Assembly: GCA_905331295.1 (NCBI GenBank)
Contig: CAJNYD010000062.1
Coordinates: 434,001 to 498,000 of the forward strand
Direction of reading: 5' to 3'
Origin: Rotaria socialis
Taxonomy: Eukaryota
Length of the DNA stretch: 64,000 nucleotides
Shown: positions 1-14,137 of the stretch, piece after piece
Position numbering within the stretch: position 1 is the first letter of the stretch
Layout of the letters: every line of letters starts with the position of its first letter
Made by a program: the position numbers and the translations under genes
The notes under the pieces: model-generated
The model's input: only the letters and a program-made list of their open reading frames with translations
Database searches by the model: none
What the model was told of the DNA's origin: nothing

Positions 1-321
1 GATATTACATTTTTGATTTATGACGTAAAATTTAACGCATCATTTTATATTTTCAAATAAATATTTGGTCTTACTCGAGAAACGAATAGCTGAAGTGAAA
101 TGACTTTATTTTTTCTATTCTTTAAATATTCAATTGATTAAGCGACATGCGTGACTCATCACAAAAGATGGAGGATACAATTGATAATTTATTTGAAGAG
201 TTCTTTCGTAATTTTCGTTTCCTTACATAGTTGCTATTAGTTATGCAATATTATTTCATTTTTATGCATCCTAGCGCATAGATGTTTTGCTGAATGTCCT
301 CTGAAAAATGACGATGAGTAG

Positions 322-495
322 TACTAGCTCGAGTACTCGTATTTTCGTGTACGAGTAATTCTTAAAGAGAAAACTCATTAGAGTACTCGTCATAGTACAC
401 AAAAAGTATAGTTACACATAAAATTCATCGAGTAGTCATTCGAGTGATTTGAGTACTCATGCTACAGTCGTACTCGCTGGGCGAGTACTTTCACT
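322..495. repeat. Degenerate MITE-like patch of GAGTA/TACTC (GAGTACTC) motifs
   Basis: Many copies of gagta/tactc clustered in ~170 bp; similar motif at ~61505-61540. Confidence 0.4.
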
Positions 496-2026
496 AGGTT
501 GCAGATGTTAATAATTTTAAGTGAAACATTCTTATCTATATCTATCAAACTAAGTATGTCCTCATGCGTCCGCCTCCTAACCATTTGATGATAGTTTCAC
601 AGTAATTAATCAAAGAATAAATGATGCGCCTGCAGTTTTTGTTTATCATTGTGGGCCAAAAAATTGATTGATCTATATAAATAAATCTTCGCGTCATTTT
701 AACAGTGAAATGCCAATGTTACTGAATTGGTTGGAACACATTACTTAACTGTTTTATTTTTGACTATAGTAAAAATATTTATTTGTAACTCTAGAACAAC
801 ATGATATTATCATTTCATACTTTCATACACGAGTTTTGATAAGTCTGAAAAGTCATTAGTTTGTATGTCAGTATTCATTTACTACAACTAAATGTTTTAT
901 TAAGAAACTTGAGTACTCATATCGGTGTTCCAAATGATATTTCTTCTCTTATTATAATGAATATGCGAATCGCTTTTCATCATCGATCAAAAACCCTTTT
1001 TATTTAAAAAAAGTGAAAAGTCTCGCTTTAAACGCAGTTCGTAAGTTTATCTGTTCAAATTTAAAAAATTCGTTCGATCAGTATGATATTCTCTAAAGTT
1101 CTTAAAGAAATTTTCTTTCAATTAAACTTTTAATGGGCTATATTCTAGAAAAGAATATATACTTTATCAGTCGTTCTATATTGGTTCTTTATTTTACATT
1201 CTCTATGTGACGTTTTCGTATAGTTTATCTATCTCAATTGGATTATACAGTGCATCGCTTAGTCGAATATTTCATGAAAGTATTCTGGAGAGTCAAAAAT
1301 AAACGAAACAGAAAAATAGTTATTACTTTCTTTCTTTCTATGCTATATCATGAAACAGGATAGAAAATGGGAGCACATAGCAGGACTACCCATAGGACCA
1401 TCTAAGAATAAATACCAATAAAGTCTCTTTCTAACACATGAGCAATTCCTCTATTCTGTTTTTGGTGAAATGATGGTGAAGAAATAAAATAAAGTAACTT
1501 GCATGTTTTTTATATTTCATATTTATATTTTATCAAACAAACATATATTATTTGAAAGATTCACATTAAAATTCAAAACTTATTTAGAAGGATGTTCCGA
1601 TGGCATCTAACTTAATCTAGTCGCGCTGTAGAACTTATGATAAATCCTGTAAGGCTTAATAAATATTAGCTTTTTTTCTTACTATAATTTTCATGTTTAA
1701 CATATTCAGTACTTCTTTTTTAAATGAAAGCTTTCTCTTACAGTAATGAGGAATTCGATAGGAGATGAGTTGATTACAAAGTAAATCGATTAAATATCCT
1801 TATCAGCACCAAAACATTACTCCTTATTTATTTTTGCACTTATTTAAAACAAATCACAGCAGATGAAAGTTTGACACTAATGCTTTTAATACATTTTCAT
1901 TTATCTACTATATTTACTGATGACTTGTTTCATTAATAACTTATGACATATTGAAGTTATTCTTGTTTATCAAAGTGTAGTTCTATTTCACACTATTCAT
2001 TCTTTCATTTATTCATCATGGAGCTA

Positions 2027-4429
2027 TTAAATAGAGTAGGCAGTCAATCTTTTTGGCTTTGTACTGTATGATGCTTCTCTTGTGATAAAAAGAAATTAAT
2101 TAAATTGACTTTTGAATAAAAATATTAAGTTGAATTTTTTTCTTCACGTTTAATAATACCAAAAACTAATGAATTCAGCATACCTTTCTTCTGATAGAAT
2201 CCATTCTTGACGCATTCCTAAATATAAAGAAAATCGTAATAAAATTATTAATTATTATAAAGATAATTTTACCCATTCGGAAACATTTATCTAGTCGACA
2301 TTTTTTACAACGTTTTCTAGTTGATGTATTTACTTCACAATGGCCGTGTCCGTGACATTTGAGTTTGCCCTATGAAGAGATTTTGAAAATTATTATGAAA
2401 ATTATCTAGACACTCAAATCAGCTAAGTTAAAGTATCCAATTTAAGGCATTCGAACAAACTTTTGGCAATTGTCTCATTTGACAAAATAAAATTCTATAA
2501 TTAAATTGAGGATACAATGGTGATATGCAACCATCAGCAAATGACCTATTGGAATTCACGGTAGAGCTATGCGCTGATTTTAATTTTCAACGGTAAACTA
2601 CAGATTGAGTGCTTTCTTACCATTCGACCCTCTTAGCCTAAATATGTTTTCATTCAAGCTGGAAAAGTTAGCTTCACACAAATAGCTTAAATAGCATTTT
2701 GAAAATTCATTTACTGATTTCTGAATTTTACACAATAAAAAGAAACAGCTTTCTCTCTATTCTGTTTTATCACTAGACAATGCGATTGATGATACGAATC
2801 ATGACTTGTTAATATGAGCAATCTCGAGTCATTATGTTGAATAATTAATATTTTGTAGTCAATTAAAAATGAATAAATACTTTACAAGTACTTCGTATAG
2901 GATAAAAATATCTTTAGAAGAGAACCATGAAAAGTTAACAAGTCAACGACTTAAAATAGTAATACATCGGTATTTTCAAGATTCCACGAAATTTTATCAG
3001 AGAAATATTTTATTGAAAATAAATAATTAATTTTTAGTATAAATTTCGTCCCTCTCGAAGCAAAAGAAGGTTACCTCTGTTTTTTGTTTTCAGTTCTAAT
3101 TATAATTTGAAATCCCGTATATTGATCTGTATAGAAACAAATTCTTTCTTTTTATCACGAAGACAATAAAACATGATACATCAGAATATTTAAGATTCAA
3201 TACGCTATACAATATAGTAATGAGAATAAGAACGAAATCTACTATGAGAAAGAGTTTGAATGTTTCAAGTTTACCCATTAAATGATTCAAAAATCGGAAC
3301 TCAACTTTGCTTCGTTTCTTTTTTTTTTGTGCAAAATAGAACACAACTAAAATAAATATCTATTGTACCAAACCATACGATTGTATGTCTTTTAACTTCT
3401 ACTACAAAGAATGTTATCAGTTAAAAGAGTATTTTTTTGGACAGGACTTTTACTATATTTGCTCTCGAAAGTAAAAGAGACAATATTCTAAATTTGCAAG
3501 AGTAATTCATGGTCAATGTTGGTGTTTATATTGCATAGAAAGAAACAGCTTATGATCCAGTGCCCATTAAAAAGTTATCACTACTAATCGCAATTTATTT
3601 ATTCTGAAAGTTTTGAAACGCTTTTGATCATGCCGCTTCTTGAAAATGTAGAAATAACTTTGAAAAGTAGATTGTCACAATCTGAACAGAACTTCAATCA
3701 AATACGAAATGACTATTGAAGCATACTCTGTTCATAAAAAAAAAATATGGGCTTTTTGAATAAATAGCAAGAACAAAAATTGAAATGCTAACGTTCTCTA
3801 CTCATTAACTTATGAGTACAATAAATTCTCTCATGTTTTTGATCGTTGTCATGAAATTTTAATACAATCTATCTGAATAGCTATTGATCAAAGTATTAAT
3901 TTGCATGACTTAAGTTTCAACAAATTGTCTCACTTAGAAATTGTTTTTACATCTTGAACTGTCTACAGGTTATTATTAACTTTTTCTAGCTATTCAATTC
4001 ATTCAGAATATTTTACCTAGATTTTTTTCTATTCCGAAAATCAGAAATCAGGATGCGACACCTCTTGTTTTTATCCACTGAATTATAATAACGATATTCA
4101 ATGAGATCTTTCGAAAGTTTTGCAATTTGATAAAGAAGAACTTTACCGGTGGTCGTAATGCATTTCGACGAAAAAATGCTTTACAAGATTCACATGAAAT
4201 CACATCGAAATTGTAGCCTAAAATGAACCAATTCATAGGTTAAAAATAAGTTCGCAATAGACTCTATACCATAAGCATCATCGCTACAAACAGCACATTT
4301 AAGAGAAGGTTTTGGACGTTTACCAGTTGACTTGCTATTATTGGTTAAACTAATATTAAATGAAGAATCTGATGAAATGTCATCAGGTGTAAACATCTTC
4401 CACAAATCATTTTCTTGTTCTTGTGCCAT
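2027..4429 (-). CDS. Nuclear hormone receptor, NR1J/HR96/DAF-12-like; DNA-binding domain plus start of hinge, no LBD visible in window
   Basis: Exons 4429-4270, 4217-4147, 2369-2273 and 2217-2184 splice GT-AG to ...[76 protein letters not shown] (two C4 fingers, ESCKA P-box). A tentative last exon 2078-2027 ends REASYSTKPKRLTAYSI*; the 3' end is uncertain. Confidence 0.8.
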
Positions 4430-5583
4430 TTTATATCATTTACTATTTATTGTTTTATATTTAATCCTATTAAATCTAAAAATAAATATAAGATGCCTAA
4501 TAAATAGCAACAAAAGAAATTTTCGCCTTGTAATTTTATTTTTAAAAGGTTATTTGAAAAATAAAAATTCCATATTTTGTATTGAATAATATGTGCGCAT
4601 CGTTTTACGTATGACGCTTGATTCACCTACAAAACAAAAGAAAGAAAAAGCGTTTCAAGTAAATACTATGACAGACAGCAGGGTTATCAAGTCGGAGAAA
4701 GAAAAGAAAAGAAAAGAAAAGAAACGTGTCCGATGAAAAAAACTGATACATGCTTCAATCTTCGATAATTTGTGCCCTCAATAACGCTATAACGAATATT
4801 CTTTCTTTCTCTCGGTATATTGGACGTGTTTTTATTTCTCAACATCATTCGTGTCAGTCGCATTTTTACCTCTACTGTCTAGTTTTAAACATAGATTTAT
4901 ATTTAGTTCGTAGATCTGCTTTTTATACTGATAGGTAAAACTGCGTAGAAAAAAACCTCCGCTGAAACAGGGAGAAATAGAAAGTATTTTTTGACAACAA
5001 GACATCCAGGCTCGACAAACAATGTACCACCATCTATTAATAGATCGATGAACGAAATTTCACATTATCCACTTTATTTTATTATACAAACAATCTCCTA
5101 TCTTCCTTGTTGATAATTGTAAAAGAAAACGTTTTCGATTTCACATTACTTGATCAAACAAAAATTGAATCTTCGATGTTTTGTTGCTTGAGAAAGAAAA
5201 ACAGGAACTAAATCAATCATAACTATTTGTACACAATAATCATGCATTTTTGTGTGTTGATTAAAATGGTAACTGATAAATACTACGTGTGCCGATATTG
5301 ATGGCACGCTTCGATGATTCTCCTTCCTTCTCTTTCTGTTCTCTTTCCATTGCTCTAATGTATCTCTCTCCTGTCTCTCTTCTATCTCTCTCCTATATAC
5401 ACGTGCGTCATGTATGAAGTTGTGACACTCTGGAGATGTCAGATGACACAATACACCATCATGCCGACGGGCATAGGCGACACTCTAGTTTTGTCGTTAC
5501 ACTTGGGATAACTTGAAGTAGCCTAATAAACATCTTTGCCGAGAGTGGCACAAGCTACTCTAATCCAGTTGTTCGTTACACTA

Positions 5584-5785
5584 CGGGTGGCGCTTTCCTT
5601 TCTTTTTGGAAAGAAAAGCTTTCTGGCTTTCGACTTTCATTTAAAAAAAAGGAAGGAAATGAAAGCCAAAAACCTTCTTTCCTTTTTTCGTCTTCTAGAG
5701 GATAGAATTATGTTTCTTGTTCAGTTCCATTTAAAAAAATTAGGAAAAGTCGAAAGAAAGCAAAAGAAAGCGAAAAGAACCCATG
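5584..5785. mobile_element. Short MITE with imperfect terminal inverted repeats
   Basis: gggtggcgctttcctttcttttt ... aaagaaagcgaaaagaaccc, plus internal inverted ctttcgacttt/aaagtcgaaag. Confidence 0.55.
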
Positions 5786-7435
5786 TCGTGAAAATCGCCG
5801 CGATTTTTGTGATTTTGAAAAAAATCGGCGTAAAGTACTGATTAATCATATTTTACAGAACAGTTAATGATTAAAACATACTTTATCGCAATGTTTGGAG
5901 AAAAGAACGATTAATCGTATAATCGCCAAAAAATCATATTGATTAATCGCGATTAATCGAAGCTTGTGTTTTACTCAGATAAAAGTTCTTTGTTAAATAA
6001 TTTATAATTTGACATATATTCACATCAAATATTTATTATAAATGTATCAAATTCTTGTTTTAGTAGTATAATTATTACAGAACAAAAGGAAGTTTAAAAC
6101 TAATTTATTTGATGTCAGTAGCATAGCATTCATTTGGTTGGACAATCATCACAACGATCAACGTTTCTATCATTCTTTGTATTCACTAGCTGGTTATAAA
6201 TTAACTTTTAATTGGATTTTTCTTTAATATTTATTTCGATATTATATCTATTCTTTCTATTGCAAGTAATTGAATTATTTGCGAGCGATCGAGGATCTTT
6301 CATGTACTTCAGATCATGTTTGATGAATGTATCTTTCTCGTGCTTTTCAAATTTCTTTCTTTATTATCTCTGGCAGTCTCTTTAATAAATTTTCTTGTAT
6401 TTCATTTTTCAAAGTTTTTATTTTTTATTCATCTTCATTATTTATTAATGAATTAAGACATAAATAATTTGTTATTTTTAAATTCACAAGACTAAGAAAA
6501 CATGAAGTCAGTGCGCGTGATAATTGATCTAGTTAATAATATTTATTATTGAATTTTTCAAACGAAATACTCTTCATGCATGAGTAGTTGATAGTGTCAT
6601 AAATGGAAATAGATCGGAAGAAAAACTTGCGCCTTCGTATCCCAAAGAACTGATACAAAAAACCTACCCGTCTAATATAATCCTGTAAAACTTACAGATC
6701 ATTTCATCTTATTTCATGAAACTAGGCATTCATCGCATCATGTCTTACAGAAAATTTGCAAAGCAAATTTCGTTTGATGGAGTCGAGTAATACTATCTAA
6801 TATCGTTGGCAGCGCTAATAATAATTCAAAGCGAGAGTGTTATGCCAATAAATAGCAGAGTATCGATCCTGGTATTACCTGAGGATTCCAATGCTGACTT
6901 TTTTTCCAATATCATTGGTTATCTATCTCTAAGTTTCATATTTTTCCAATACTTTTTAGATGTTAAATTCTCAAATATCATATAAACCTCGATCAAATCG
7001 GCAACAACAGCAACGTCGACACCAAAAACAAGCTTCATCACATATCTTAAATAATATTGATTACTATAGTATATTGTGATTTTTTTTGTTGTTATTTTTC
7101 TTTGAACTGGTTAATTGTTTTAATCGAAGCGCAATGTATAGTGGTACGTAGATAACTGGTGATTTCTATTATACCAGATGAAAAAAATGGTTTGATTTTT
7201 TTTAAATAAAAGCAAATTGAACAGGTTAGATTTAATCGATAAAAATAAATAAAATCTCGATTGGATTGGGTCAAATTAACGATAACGCCATGATTGATGT
7301 TCAAAATAATCGGTAAATAAATCGTGATTTATCGCAATAATCGCTGAAAATATCGCAAAAAATCGCGGATTAATCACCGATTCAGCGCACGATTATCGTT
7401 TCGATATATCGCGATTAATCACCAATTTTTTACCG
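5786..7435. mobile_element. Non-autonomous DNA transposon relic with CGATTAATCG-type subterminal repeats
   Basis: CpG-rich aatcgc/gattaatcg clusters at ~5790-5960 and ~7305-7435 flank an AT-rich noncoding interior; the same motif family is at 55812-56790. Confidence 0.45.
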
Positions 7436-8973
7436 ATTTCGAGAACATGGGAAAGTTGTATTTATCTGTTCTTCAAGGATTTTGCCCTTGCGGGTGGGAA
7501 AGTTTTCTACAAACTTCCTCTTTTCAACTGACCCGTAATAGTTCCACAGAAAAAATAAAAAATGATTGAATTCCGGGTAGATCAATGGGCTAATTTTAAC
7601 CTTTAATAAGAATAAAACACCGATACTAGTAAGGTACGAAAATGCAAAATTACAGTAGAATTTTGTTTTCGTTTTTTTATATATGGTTAGATAGAGTGTG
7701 TCAAGCTGATCAAGAATATATCTTTCATTTGTTTTCAATTTAATACAGTTTTTTATATTCAGCATAGAAAAGGAATCTATGATAGCCATTTATGAGGTTA
7801 TCCTGATATAGCATGATCATAGTTCAGGTACCACAAGTGTGGAGGAGTCAGAACTTCAGATAAGCATCTTGTAATGCTATCTAGTTTTTTCTACAAGAAA
7901 CTACAACTGAATTTCATGTTCCATTAAAATCACTAGATGTTATACTTTAAAAGGACGAACTGGGTTTTTCTAGATTTTAGTTTATTGTTGAGAAAGTTCA
8001 TTTTTGTAGACTTTTATGACAGAATCTGTCTTTTCTTAACTTATACGTGGATGATATCTATAAATTTACCGTTCTCATACTGAAAAATTTCATATATATG
8101 GAATCGCCAGAAAGAACGATGTCAACGTAACCCGGTTTCAAAATTTTCTGAAAATTTTTGTTGTTTCCAAAACATTTTCACCTGGTACCCCTCAGTAGAC
8201 ATGCACCAAACCCAAACAGTTTGGGTTTGGTGGGCTTGGTCAAATAAGTTTGAGTTTGGGTTTGGGTATTTAGTTGAAGTGCGAGAAAACCTTTGTTGCC
8301 ATCCAATATTCAGATATGACAATACAACTTTGTAGTCTAGTCCAAGTTAGCATAAGCAAAGGTACATAAAGTTCAATTAAAATTTCACTGACCTCGGAAA
8401 ATACTTTTGTAATGACTTAAGTACGTGATAGATTATTGGAAACGTTTTGACAGTATATACTAATATCTTATATATACTGTGCCACAAGTTTTTAGGAAGC
8501 TTAAATTTACTATCCATATATTATTAAGCATGATCATAATTGAATCTCAGGTGCTCATTTTTCATTGTCAATTTCAAAAGAAAACTAGCATAGAGCATTC
8601 GACATATTTTTATAATCATGATGTATGGTGAGTAGAAGGTTATTCACGAGGGTGTAGATATTGACTTCCATTTGACAGCCATAGCCACACACCTACACCC
8701 ACACCCAACAGAAATGATATGAAACTAAAATTACAATACTTTAAATAGTTTAAAAAATTCTGTAATTTTTGTCAATACATGGAGTTTTTCTTGGTTTTCT
8801 AAAGCGCAATTGTTATGTCAGGAGATATCTGTCCTGCCATAAGTATGTTCTCTCTTCTTCTCTCGGTTTCATTCTATCACGTTTACAATCATTCCATTCT
8901 TATTCTCGTATCTATTCTATTTAAGTGAGTGTTGACCTTTAAAGTAAGGGGGGATTACTTCTTGTGAGAATGT

Positions 8974-8999
8974 AATAATAATAATAATAATAATAATAA
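8974..8999. repeat. (AAT)n microsatellite
   Basis: Tandem aat units. Confidence 0.9.
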
Positions 9000-10479
9000 G
9001 GCGAAATAAAGAAGAAGATTGTAACAGCAATTTTAATGAACTCAAGTTTGCGATGGAATTTATTTTCCACTTGAGATAAAATTGTTACACGATGAGAAAA
9101 AATATTTTCTATAATCTCTATGATTATGCTTATTAAACTGTTTTTACTACTATCAAACTTTGAAAAAAATAATTGAGCTAATTTCTTCTTTACGGATATA
9201 GGATTTCACAATTGTGGGTTAACGAATATATGCATCTGTTTCCTATGATGCTCATGTCATGCACGTAATGTTACATACTTTTTATGTTCTTATCTGGCCC
9301 ACTTCTTAAATATAAATTGCAACTTGTTGATAATCTGTGGTTAGTAGTATAACGATGAATGTGCGTTAGATAGAAATTTTTAATGTGTCACCTTGTATTT
9401 CGACTTTTAATTATTCAAGAAGCAAGTATAAATAACAAGATAAGTTTATCTTATTGTTATTCAAGTGAGATATTATACAATTCTTTGTTATCTAAAAGTA
9501 GATCATAGGGTACGAAATTAGACATAGTTATTATGTGTAAGAGAAAATATATAAAAATGCTTTATGACTACTTTCATAATGATTATTATTGTGATACAAT
9601 AAAAAATGAACGTATTTTTCGAAGAATGAGTCGAATTTTTATTTCTAAAGTTCACTGTTATCAGGATTATTTAACTTATTCGAAATGCTAATCATGACAT
9701 TTCTAGTATCCAATGTGGTTGGCATGAGCATTGGTAAATTTTTTGAGAATCAATTGATTATGAATTTTGCTGCGGTAGTTAAAAAACTATACATACTAAA
9801 TTCGCATTCACTTCGTAGGTATTCCAGTACAGAAATGATTTCGATTTTCTTTATGCAGATTCAATATCTGTAACTACTTTGTATGTATTGCAAAAAATTT
9901 GCGTAAATCTTATATAACATAAGCATAAATTTTATTTTAAATAAAAATGGCATCGTATAAATTTCACCATTAACTTTCAGCAAGTATCAATGTTATGATT
10001 GAGAAGTTTAGTTATTCCTCTTGATCTCGTTTCAACCCACTCGTTGCGGTTACTCAGAGAACCGATGTATCTAGATTTTATCAATAATGTCTACTACAAT
10101 TTTCTTAAGGAAATCGATGACTTTGGAGAACATTAATTTCATGTGCGAGAGAAATGCAGGCGAGTAAAAACTAGTAGATGTAATCGCTGTTATTTGTCAG
10201 AGAGTGTATATCCTATCTAATCGGAATATTATTGAGATAGGACATTGATTTATACTTGGGTTTTTTGAAATTCGTTAAGTATATTTAAATTTACAGTGAG
10301 AATAAACTTTCTTTATATGTTACAAGATAGCATAAGGATTCGATATTTCATAAGTCCACACATTTGTACGGGTATGCTTTATACTGTATATTTCTGATGT
10401 GACATCATCTGGTCAAAATGACTCTTATGAAAGATGGTTTACAATGCACTCACAATACTTTTGATCGCATATCAGATAT

Positions 10480-11480
10480 GAACCTGCTTAATCGTGTTAA
10501 AATAATAAAGGAATACCCTCTTCTCCCTGTTGATCGCCATTTAGTTAAGAAGAACAAAAAATGAATTTAAGTTTTTCACGATTCTATTTGATAAGAAAAG
10601 CATTGAACTCGATCGATCTCTGATAAAAAAACAAAATCCGATGACGATCGAAAGATAAACCCGAGATTGTTGATTCGATTTGGAACTTGCTCGTAATCAT
10701 GGCCGCCAGTAATCATAATAACTTGTTTTGGCTCTTTAAGTGAGCGAATGATTGAACGATTCCAGTATTTTGCAAGATAGACTATGTCCCCTATATTGAT
10801 AAAGAGTCCTTGTGAATACCATAGCTGTGTCAGAACATTACCGTAGACATTTCTATTGTAGCTCTATCTCATTTAGTTACACAATCGTTGTGATCTTTAC
10901 TAAATCCATAAAACGCTAACCACAAGAGTTCTCTTTCATATTTCTTACTCCATTTTTTTGTTATACGAGATGATCTCTGTTAAACAGTGGCTATTCCGGA
11001 ATGATCGATGTTATCGTTAGCGCAATTTTTATTTTCATCTACTGTTAAAGATAATACACTTCAAATTCTTGAAAAGTCACACAGATTACTTTATACGCAG
11101 AAAATCAGATATGACTGCTAATGAAAACATAAGTTTCTATCGATTATCAATCCTGTTAAATGAAGAATTATGGTTTCGAAAATGTAAGTATTTTCATATT
11201 TTTATAATTTTCTTTTTATTGAAGATTTATCACAAGAGAGATAAAATAAATGTGTTGCGAGATTTTTATTTCGCAATTGCTGCCTTTCATTGCAAATCTC
11301 AGTCGTAAGGATTATTTTTACATCTACGTAAATGAACCAGAAGATTAAGGAAACGATTATACAGCATATTTTCATAATAGACAGCATCAAATACTTAGCT
11401 TCCGGTACTTCGGATCTATGCCAATTTGTTGAGAGATCAATGAAGATACCATGATATGATAAAGTTTTTTCTTCAAATAT
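10480..11480 (-). pseudogene. Highly decayed NHL-repeat (beta-propeller) gene relic
   Basis: Minus-strand fragments NVLTQLWYSQGLFINIGDIVYLAKYWNRSIIRSLKEPKQVIMITGGHDY and DHNDCVTK* resemble NHL repeats (QLxxPxGLFVD..VYVADxxNHRI); stops and frameshifts present. Confidence 0.4.
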
Positions 11481-12636
11481 CATCACTGATATATTTGGTT
11501 GACACAAAATGCAAAAAAACGACTATCAACTTTCATTTCCACTATGAACATCGAAATTTTTTATAGTGGATGCAAGGGATTTTTATGTATTTACGGCATC
11601 TAGAAAAATGTATATAGATCACATTTCGTTTACTACTCTTATCTGTTGTAATTTTTCATTTAAATGTACGAAAAGAAAAGAAAAACTAAATGTAATGAAG
11701 TCAATTGAAAATACGATCTCTTTATGACGTATTGGATATTTTGTTTTTAGATAATTGTGATCAAGTTTGAAAAGAAAGTTATTAAGTTTCATAAATCCAC
11801 AATACTGAAGCTATTGAAATAAACGTAATTCGAACTTCTGTTCATAGTGATTCCACAAAAATTTCACAATCGTCTAAGACGACACATTTTCTATTGAAAT
11901 TTTCAATATTTTCATCTAAATGAAGTTTTTGAAGTAAAATTCTACATTGATTATTCTTAAGCTCAAATCAACCTAACAACTAGCCTGTAGAGATAAACAT
12001 CGTAAGTCACCATACTCATACTCTACGACGGGACATGAAACCGATAAAAAAAAACCGAATACTCACACTGGGTAACCTTTTTACTCGAAGCAAAAGCTTA
12101 GTCTGCATAAGAGATCATAAATATTAGTTGGCAACAACTTTACATAATGAAACTTCTTTTCATCCAAAAATAACCAGCTAAATGAATTTTTCCATTTGTT
12201 TCTACATCCTGTATTTGAATCTCTCATTGAATAAACATTAATCAGCTATGATTTTTCGAACATTGAAAAAAAACATAGTTTTATTGATGAAATAACATTT
12301 TTTTAGATCTGAACATTTAACCAACACTGAAACTTTTATTTTCTGCATAAAATGAATATTTCCGGAAATAACGCATGCTACATAAATCATGCATACCAAA
12401 TATTTTTTCTTGACAAAATAAATCTCGGAAAAAAAAACAGAAAATATCTTTGAGCTGCATACATAGATATAATGTTATGGAGCTCGCGAAACAGATATAT
12501 TCGATTTGTTGAACATTTTTCTACGTAATCATCATCAACTGTTCAGTTCAGTTTTCTTAACGAGACGAACATAGTTGAAGTAAGAAGTCTATCTTGGATG
12601 CGAATATGGAATTTGTCAAGAACATATGAACATTAT

Positions 12637-14137
12637 TTACAGAAGACTTCGCATTACTGGTGTTAACAGTTTTAAATCCATATAACTGCATGCTGTATAT
12701 TTAAGATCATCAATTAAATTTTGTATTTTCATTAAATTAGTTGTATATTGTAGAAGTAATATTGATGATTTACGAAAACCATAATGATATAAACAATATT
12801 TATAGAATAGTTCATTGTAAATATTTTGTACTTTAAATAAATGTAATGTATTAATATTTGTTATAGGATGTTTTAAATCGAGATGATTTGAAAAAAGTAT
12901 AATTAAGAAAAATAATTTTATTAAGTTCTCATCGAGCTTTTGTATGAATGAAAAATTATTTTGAATGTTTTTCATTTGACGATGAAACTCTCTATTTATT
13001 GTTTTTAACCAATCTTTTTCAAGAAATAATGGATCAGCTGTATCCGGTTCATGATAAGCATCTTGCTCATAATCATAGATATACATTGAATGCAAAAATG
13101 TAATACTTAACGTATTTAATTTAACAAAATAGACTTGTTCATCTTTCTCGAATTGTTGAAATTCAGGTATTTGCTTAAAAAAACTTATTAAACGCATCGA
13201 TGATATATAAAGTGGTACGCGAAATAATTCCAATGTCGATTCAATAGGTTGAGTACACGGATATGATAAAATACCAGCTGTTCGATTTAATTTAACGGCT
13301 TCAGCATATGCATTTCGTAGAGATTCAAGTTTTAACCAATCCAAATCAATCAAACAGGTTCGATCAACAATTGTTGGTGGTGTATTTTGAACGTCTGCCG
13401 ATAAATCAGTATCATGTTTATACTAAAAAAATAATCCAGAACTTCTGTTTTCTTGTAGATTAATCATTGAATAATTACTCGTCGTTGTTGATAACTTTGA
13501 TCGTGATCGTGAACTTGTCTTAGATGACGATTTTGTTCAATTTTCATTCGTTTCTCTTGTTTTCTAAAAATATCCATTTTGTTATCGAATCTATTCTTTA
13601 ACAGCAAAAAATACGGTATTTTCTACTTACTGTGCTTCTGTTAGTATCCATTCTTTACGCATACCTAAACAAAATAAAATAGAAACAATCAGAGCAATCT
13701 CTTATTCGTCTTACCTGCTGTAAAACATTTTTCTAGGCGGCATTTTTTACATCGTTTATTTTGATTGAATCCTATATCACAATGACCATTACCTGAACAT
13801 TTTAATTTTCCCTTGGAAACAAAAAATAGCGAAAATTTTAAACGATTCTTTTTCACCAGAGAAAATAATTACCGGTGGTCTTAATGCATTTCGACGAAAA
13901 AATGCTTTACAAGATTCACACGAAATAGCATCGAAATTGTAACCTTAAATAATCGTAAAACAAAATTAAGATTCAAACGAACTTGTTTTTTTTTTCAATG
14001 TTACAAATACCATGAGCTTCACCATTGCAGACAACACATGTTAAGAGTAATCGGTAACGTTTATTCGTCGGTTTTCTTTTGATTCTATATGATTGTTTTA
14101 TTGAACTTTGATCGTAATTTGTTTGCATTGCGAACAT
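12637..14137 (-). CDS. Nuclear hormone receptor, NR1J/HR96-like (VDR/PXR-related), complete DBD plus LBD
   Basis: Spliced exons give [33 protein letters not shown] / [32 protein letters not shown] / GMRKEWILTE. The large last exon has the LBD signature RLISFFKQIPEFQQFEKDEQVYFVK and an AF2-like end LLTPVMRSLL*. Confidence 0.92.

Noticed and set aside
8200..8710. CCAAAC/GTTTGG and CACACC runs as telomeric repeats (also ~49607 and ~62967-63012)
   Set aside because: Short, in mixed orientation and not tandem arrays; more like subterminal debris of DNA transposons.
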